IMG/VR virus record: IMGVR_UViG_3300033069_001378
Span: 128,001 to 192,000 of that record
Source: a virus
Taxonomy: Duplodnaviria; Caudoviricetes
DNA length: 64,000 bases
Strand: one strand, 5' to 3'
Shown: positions 59,007 through 64,000 of the stretch, one piece after another
How the letters are laid out: each line of letters starts with the position of its first letter
Position numbering within the stretch: the stretch's first letter is position 1
Position numbers and translations under genes: made by a program
The notes under the pieces: generated by a model
The model's input: only the letters and a program-made list of their open reading frames with translations
What the model was told of the DNA's origin: nothing
Database searches by the model: none

Positions 59007-59890
59007 ACTCTTGGTTCTCTGCCTGTACGAGAAACAAACTCTCTTTTCAAGAAGTCCATGTGCCAAATCTGGAGAGGCTCAAAGAACTCGATTCCGTGCT
59101 CATCAAAGTAGGCTAAAATAGCACCTTTTCTCCAAGAGTTTAGCTCGTTTGTCATGTTTGGCATCGGATCAATATACCAGTCTGGTTCTATTGCTTTGAC
59201 CCTGGTATTTGGATCGTCAAGAGTGATTGCATATTTTTGATTTATGGATTGAGCATGTTCTCTTCCAAGTCTTATTAGCTCGGCAGCTCTTAGAAAGCAT
59301 TGCTTCATCTGGAAGTTATCAAATTCCGAGAACTGGAAGTGCATGATAGCACCAAACTTTGGTTGAAGTTGGAGATTCGTTTGTTCGTTTGTTGGTCCCG
59401 GAGTTCTTGGAGTATGCATCCATACGTTTGGATACGTTACCTTTCCATCGTCACAGAATACAAAGTCTTTGTAGTTGTTGGACCATACAGAATGATCATG
59501 TTTATAGTGGTCAACACTCTTCCACATTGCCAACCATTGCATTAGCAGCTTGTTTCCTGGCTGCATCTTGCTCATAATCTGTCTTCCACGAGAAACGAAT
59601 GGCATGGTGAATGCTTCGTCTGCGTCTAAGCATACGAAGTGTGTTCCACCAGCTTCTCTTCCTAGTTCAAGAAGCTTTTCTCTTATTCCAAGCTCTGCCC
59701 AACCAGACTTTTCTTTGAACGAGTTGTTCAAAATAACTGTGGCACCTGCATCTAACAAAATCTGTGCTCCGTTATCCGATGAGTTGTCGTCGATTGCAAT
59801 AATCTGATCAACTACAGGCTTTACGGACGCTACGTATGACTTTAGGAACTTTTCTTCATTCTTGAACGGGAGTAGAGCTATGACTTTCAT
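59003..59890 (-). CDS. GT-A glycosyltransferase (GT2-like)
   Basis: FKNEE, DDNSSD, LDADE; start at MKVIA. Confidence 0.85.
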   Translation of the reverse strand: MKVIALLPFKNEEKFLKSYVASVKPVVDQIIAIDDNSSDNGAQILLDAGATVILNNSFKEKSGWAELGIREKLLELGREAGGTHFVCLDADEAFTMPFVSRGRQIMSKMQPGNKLLMQWLAMWKSVDHYKHDHSVWSNNYKDFVFCDDGKVTYPNVWMHTPRTPGPTNEQTNLQLQPKFGAIMHFQFSEFDNFQMKQCFLRAAELIRLGREHAQSINQKYAITLDDPNTRVKAIEPDWYIDPMPNMTNELNSWRKGAILAYFDEHGIEFFEPLQIWHMDFLKREFVSRTGREPRV

Positions 59891-60698
59891 GTTTGTTTGA
59901 AAACCTTTCAATTGGAATCTTCTGACCAAAGTTTACGATAATCTGTGGGTCATAGTCTTTGAACAAAGGATGCAAAGTCCATTGTTTCTCTATCTTGTCA
60001 AGAATGGCATAGCGAGTTTCTATTACAGTTCTCTCGACTGGCTGTTTTGCACTTCCATTCGTAGAAGCTCCTCTGCCTTCGTCAAGATAGTATCCCAAAA
60101 CTCCATGAATCATTCCAACCTTTGAATGCATAGCCAATCTGATTGCTAGATCAAAGTCTGCTCCAGTCTTGAGTTGTTCATCGAAGTAACCAGCCTTATC
60201 ACAAAGGCTCTTTCTCCACATGAAGAAAGGACCAAGCATCATTCCTCTGATGAGTTCTTCTGGTCTGTCTAAAGTCCATGTGTGGTCAATGTATTGCCCA
60301 TGTGTTGAACCAAATTGGTTAACGATTACGAAGTTGCCATGAACAACATCATGATTATGATGGCTGTCAAGAAAATCTATTTGCTTTTGTATGCTGTCTG
60401 GTGTTCTTAGGTCGTCAATATTCCAAATTGTTACGTACTCGCCAGATGCTTCTTTGATACACCTGTTCATCGAAATACCAATTGGATCAACAGGATTGAC
60501 AACAATATGCTTTAAGCGACCTGGGTACTTGGCATTGAAATTTGAAACAAGAGCAAGTTCTGCTTCGGTTGGTTCATTATGATCAAGCACAATCTCAAGC
60601 TTGTCAAAACAAGTTTGCTTTGGAAGCTCATTTAGAAACTTCTCAAGATAGCGTTCTCCCTTGAAACAAGGGGTTATTGTACTGACTTTGTTGTTCAT
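59856..60698 (-). CDS. GT-A glycosyltransferase (GT2)
   Basis: VSTITP, ASGEYVTIWNIDD, GYFDE, ADFDLAIR. Confidence 0.88.
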   Translation of the reverse strand: MNNKVSTITPCFKGERYLEKFLNELPKQTCFDKLEIVLDHNEPTEAELALVSNFNAKYPGRLKHIVVNPVDPIGISMNRCIKEASGEYVTIWNIDDLRTPDSIQKQIDFLDSHHNHDVVHGNFVIVNQFGSTHGQYIDHTWTLDRPEELIRGMMLGPFFMWRKSLCDKAGYFDEQLKTGADFDLAIRLAMHSKVGMIHGVLGYYLDEGRGASTNGSAKQPVERTVIETRYAILDKIEKQWTLHPLFKDYDPQIIVNFGQKIPIERFSNKHESHSSTPVQE

Positions 60699-61537
60699 AG
60701 TGTTTTCAGTATCTCAATGTAAGCTTTTGCTTTTTCAAGAAAGCCGTGCTCTTTCAAGATATAGTCTCTAGGTTTGTAAGAACCGAGGTTGTCCCTAAGC
60801 TCTTGGATTCTTGAGCAGTCAAGATTATCTACGACAATGCCACAGGCATCAGAGAAGTAGGGTACAGAAGAGGCTGGAACGGTTATCTGACCGTCGTCGC
60901 TGGTCCACGTAGTCTTGTTGAGGACGTAGCATGGCACATTGCAAGATAGCATCTGCATGTACGCAAGTCCTTGACTTTCCGTTCCCGTTAGGAGTACAGC
61001 AAACTTTGCCCTGTCACAAAGAGAGCTAAGAGCATTCTCATGGTAGGTTCCGTAGGAAATTACTTCATACTTCAGTCCCATGGAATCCAATTGCTTCTTC
61101 ACTTCGTCGAGTTCAGATTGTTCTCTGTTCTTGAAATAGACAAAGCAGTCGAGGTCTTTGTTCGCATTCAAGCTTGGCTTCCATGTTTTTGTGTCGATTC
61201 CTGCCGACCACACATGTATGGTTTTTCCATTCATTTCGGGGAACTGCTCGTACAGTTTCTTTACCCAAAGAGAAGGAACGACAAAGTGTTTTCCAAACTT
61301 GCAGAGTTCTTTGTTGTCGCTTGGAACGACGAAAACATTTGGACCAATTAAAGTGCGATCAGGATTTAACTGTTGCCAGGTGGCTCCAAGGTCTTGCAAA
61401 TAAGCGTAATAATCGCAGTTGCCTTGATTGTTGTATACCATAACATCGCGACAAACAGATATACCCCAATAGAGATTTCTATATACACCTCCGGGACCAC
61501 GATGGCTTGTGTTGTTTGCCAATAACGATATCTTCAT
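60695..61537 (-). CDS. GT-B-like glycosyltransferase
   Basis: GPGGV, IGPN, VVPSLWV, GIDT, ESQGLAYMQMLSCNVP. Confidence 0.75.
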   Translation of the reverse strand: MKISLLANNTSHRGPGGVYRNLYWGISVCRDVMVYNNQGNCDYYAYLQDLGATWQQLNPDRTLIGPNVFVVPSDNKELCKFGKHFVVPSLWVKKLYEQFPEMNGKTIHVWSAGIDTKTWKPSLNANKDLDCFVYFKNREQSELDEVKKQLDSMGLKYEVISYGTYHENALSSLCDRAKFAVLLTGTESQGLAYMQMLSCNVPCYVLNKTTWTSDDGQITVPASSVPYFSDACGIVVDNLDCSRIQELRDNLGSYKPRDYILKEHGFLEKAKAYIEILKTL

Positions 61538-61540
61538 GTG

Positions 61541-62200
61541 TCACTTCTTTCTAAGATAGAGAGCATCGCCCCAACCGTACTCCGTTGGGCAGGTTGCAGC
61601 AGGATGAAATCCATAATTTCCCAACAGTACGTTCAAGAATGGCATAGTCTTGGCTCCTTTGTAAACCTCTTCGAAGTTTACTTCGGTGTAGACTGCATCA
61701 ATTCTAAAGTCTCTGTTGTGGTGAGAAAGTAAATCTCCAAATCCTTGAAGGACTTCAAACTCTACACCCTGCACATCTAGATTCACAAAAACACTTCTGC
61801 CTTCTAGCTTGTATTGATTTGGCTCTTCTTTGATTAGCGAATCAAATCTTCTTGTTGTCACTTTGATTGTTTCTGTAACAGAGATTTGAGGATAATGTTT
61901 CTTGTGCGTTCCCATTTCCAAAAGAGAGCTTGATTGACCGTTGTTGGTTATCTTGAACTCAATCTCTTTGCCATCAACGTTGAACAAAGCTGCGCATTCA
62001 AAATCATCAAGTGCTCTGTACTTCTCTACGTTCTCAACAAGAGGCTTAATCAAATTTGGATTTGCTTCATACCAGAATGTCTTTTTAACGCCATATTTTG
62101 CGTAATCTTGAGCTTCTTCTCCAAGATGGGCTCCGATATGAATTACGTAGTCAAAAGAATGTCCAGCAATCTCTAAGCATTTCGAGTAAGGTATCAACAT
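61541..62200 (-). CDS. FkbM-family methyltransferase
   Basis: HIGAHLGEE, YEANP, SSSLL, NLDVQGVE, YTEVN, WGDALY; start at MLIPY. Confidence 0.88.
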   Translation of the reverse strand: MLIPYSKCLEIAGHSFDYVIHIGAHLGEEAQDYAKYGVKKTFWYEANPNLIKPLVENVEKYRALDDFECAALFNVDGKEIEFKITNNGQSSSLLEMGTHKKHYPQISVTETIKVTTRRFDSLIKEEPNQYKLEGRSVFVNLDVQGVEFEVLQGFGDLLSHHNRDFRIDAVYTEVNFEEVYKGAKTMPFLNVLLGNYGFHPAATCPTEYGWGDALYLRKK

Positions 62201-62213
62201 TGTTTTCGGTCTT

Positions 62214-62927
62214 TCAGTTTTTGACGAGGAGTTCGTTTTTGATGAATAATAGATTTTCCCAGTTGTCAACAGACACAACGTCAGAAGCGGTCTTCACTAT
62301 ATTTCCAGGAGCTACGTCACCGTAGAAGATTGAGTATCCAAAGCTATCGAAGAACTTAACGAAGTCATCAATAGAGATACCTGCATCTTTGAATGTGTCA
62401 CCAATCTCAAACTGTCCAGCATTCACGATGCCAGATTGAAAAGTGTTGACGGCTCCTTTTAATGCTTCAAGTTCATGACCTTCAACGTCAATTTTCAAGT
62501 AGTTGATTTGGGTTATGTTGTTTTTGGAAACATAAGAGTCGATCGAAATCAAACTTACTTCAACGGGCACAGGCTGGTCCTCTGGTTTGAACCCTTCATA
62601 TGCCTTTCGATTGTATAAGCTCGCTATGGCAGAGCCGACACTACCTGGGTCATAGAGGTCCATCTTGTGTTCGGACGAGCTTACGCCTACGTTGTTGAGC
62701 GTTACGTTAGGTTGTGTTCCGTATCTCTCGTTGAGTCTTTCAAAGGCTTTTGGATTTGGCTCAAACGAGTGAACAACAAAGTTTGCCTGAACCATCGAGT
62801 TGAGAAGCTCAATGTAGTCTCCTATGTTGGAGCCGACGTCAAATATCACAAAAGGAGACGACTTGTCTGTTTTATGGGTTATGTATTTTACTGCCCTATG
62901 AAGGCATAGATTGTCTTGAGTTATCAT
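62214..62927 (-). CDS. FkbM-family methyltransferase
   Basis: FDVGSNIG, SFEPNP, LKIDVEGHELEALKG, QFE; start at MITQD. Confidence 0.9.
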   Translation of the reverse strand: MITQDNLCLHRAVKYITHKTDKSSPFVIFDVGSNIGDYIELLNSMVQANFVVHSFEPNPKAFERLNERYGTQPNVTLNNVGVSSSEHKMDLYDPGSVGSAIASLYNRKAYEGFKPEDQPVPVEVSLISIDSYVSKNNITQINYLKIDVEGHELEALKGAVNTFQSGIVNAGQFEIGDTFKDAGISIDDFVKFFDSFGYSIFYGDVAPGNIVKTASDVVSVDNWENLLFIKNELLVKN

Positions 62928-63685
62928 AAACCTCTTAGCCAAGCATCATTCGTGCTTGAATTTCTACGATAGCAGTATAGTGGCAACTTGACTGCGGAGG
63001 TCTTTTGCAAAAGCAAAGTGAACTTCGTATTGAGATCAGAATCCTCTGCTCGTTGTATCCTTAGATTCATATCGGGTGGAACATATCTCATCCCGTCTTG
63101 CCATTTTGATGTTTCAAACATGCAAGCTCCACCATGGACTTCATATTCAGGAGAAGCAACATAATGCCCAATTCCGGGAACAGATCTGGAGTTACGACAA
63201 GAATCATAGGTATGCTTATGGTCCAAAAGCAAACTTCCCAAATTCGATAAATCATACGTTTCATTATAGTGGCTCTCCATATCCTCATCTGTGTGACAGT
63301 GATAAAATCCAACAAGATTGTGGCAGCTTCCTAGTAACTGCATTGCTTTGACCTGCACCTCAATCTTTTGAGACAAGGCTACGTCGTCAGCATCATGAAT
63401 CATAACAAGAGGAGAAGAGACTTTGGAAATGGCTTCATTCAAAACTGCCCACTTTCCCTTGTTCTTGTCGTTCAGGATTGTTGTTATGGACTCATCTTCC
63501 CAACAGATTTCACTTAAGACCTCTTTGGTATATGGATCGGTTGAACCATCATCAATCAAGATGATTTCGAAATTCGAATAAGTCTGTCTTTTGATTGACT
63601 CAATGGACTTCTTCAAATACTTTCCATGGTTGTAGTTCGTTATGATAACGGAAACTTTTGGATCATCACTTGACATATTCATCAA
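62924..63685 (-). CDS. GT-A glycosyltransferase (GT2)
   Basis: VSVIITNYN, IDDGSTD, HDADD, AEDSD, LYCYR. Confidence 0.9.
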   Translation of the reverse strand: MMNMSSDDPKVSVIITNYNHGKYLKKSIESIKRQTYSNFEIILIDDGSTDPYTKEVLSEICWEDESITTILNDKNKGKWAVLNEAISKVSSPLVMIHDADDVALSQKIEVQVKAMQLLGSCHNLVGFYHCHTDEDMESHYNETYDLSNLGSLLLDHKHTYDSCRNSRSVPGIGHYVASPEYEVHGGACMFETSKWQDGMRYVPPDMNLRIQRAEDSDLNTKFTLLLQKTSAVKLPLYCYRRNSSTNDAWLRGL

Positions 63686-64000
63686 ACACTTTCTTTGGAA
63701 TTATGAAATGAGCAGCGTTAACAACAACGTTTTCTCTAATCATTTTGATGAGTTCACTTGTTGACATTTTGGTTCCTCTTAACAAAGCTTCATTCAATTC
63801 TTCTGGAGAGTAGGTGTTTTCGTGCTTGTTTTGGATAACGCCTTGAACTCTGTTGCATGGAAAGTTGAACAATCTTGAAGCCTCGGGATAGCAAGTCAAA
63901 ACCTGTGGGACGGTTCCAGAGAACTTTCTCATTTGGGCAAAATCGTTAAGAGCACCTTCAAGAGTGTTTGGATGCGTGAACTTTTCATCAGGTATCTTTG
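63666..64000 (-). CDS. hypothetical protein, 3' part (start outside window), possibly glycosyltransferase-like
   Basis: Frame stays open to the window edge: KIPDEKFTHPNTLEGAL...NFPCNRVQ...ELNEALL. Confidence 0.55.
   Translation of the reverse strand, partial: KIPDEKFTHPNTLEGALNDFAQMRKFSGTVPQVLTCYPEASRLFNFPCNRVQGVIQNKHENTYSPEELNEALLRGTKMSTSELIKMIRENVVVNAAHFIIPKKVFDEYVK

Noticed and set aside
46654-64000. Bacterial LPS/capsule locus, i.e. a prophage boundary
   Set aside because: Genes overlap continuously into the phage sigma gene, share strand, composition and GGCC avoidance, and lack export/polymerase genes
46654-64000. DNA hypermodification (glucosyl/arabinosyl-type) cluster
   Set aside because: No thymidylate-synthase-like, hydroxymethylase or TET/JBP gene in the window, and restriction-site avoidance is strong; disfavoured but not excluded
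1-64000. Eukaryotic giant virus (NCLDV) origin
   Set aside because: gp17-like terminase, gp6/gp25 baseplate, sigma factor, SD sequences and overlapping operons indicate a tailed bacteriophage
1-64000. Stop-codon reassignment, introns or inteins
   Set aside because: Long genes are intact in the standard code, all three stops are used, coding density is high, and no intein or homing-endonuclease motifs were seen
1-64000. tRNA, rRNA or CRISPR arrays
   Set aside because: Intergenic gaps are short and none showed a cloverleaf or repeat-spacer pattern by eye; a tRNAscan/Infernal run would be needed to be certain

Overview
A 64-kb segment of a large (jumbo-type), T4-superfamily-like myophage genome, roughly 38-40% GC by eye, standard genetic code. 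All credible genes but one are on the minus strand. Layout by coordinate: (1) 1-3.5 kb, a GC-richer module with sigma70-like promoters encoding an amidoligase with an inserted winged-helix, a class II glutamine amidotransferase and a GGCT/AIG2-like protein (partial, missed by the ORF track); (2) 3.5-14.8 kb, packaging and DNA metabolism (Zn deaminase, gp17-like terminase, pyrimidine-dimer-glycosylase-like protein, tail-tube-like protein, fused Mre11-Rad50, primase, RuvC-like resolvase, gp4/TnsA-like nuclease); (3) 14.8-44.7 kb, a virion baseplate/tail block (LamG, FN3-like, DNRLRE-like and tail-collar-like proteins, gp6-like and gp25-like wedge, gp5-like hub); (4) a lone plus-strand Toprim gene and a gp55-like sigma factor; (5) 46.6-64 kb, a glycan island of at least 17 kb (7-8 glycosyltransferases, 4 methyltransferases, Gmd/Fcl, three more SDR epimerases and a non-canonical NDP-heptose-type pathway). 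Best candidate for a new system: phage-encoded virion O-glycosylation with a recurrent [S/T]-G-S motif in virion proteins as a possible sequon. Near-total GGCC avoidance argues against DNA being the glycan target. Also notable are three start/RBS-occluding stems that each contain or abut a promoter-like motif. No tRNA, rRNA, CRISPR array or IS element was recognised. All assignments come from motif recognition by eye; no searches were run.
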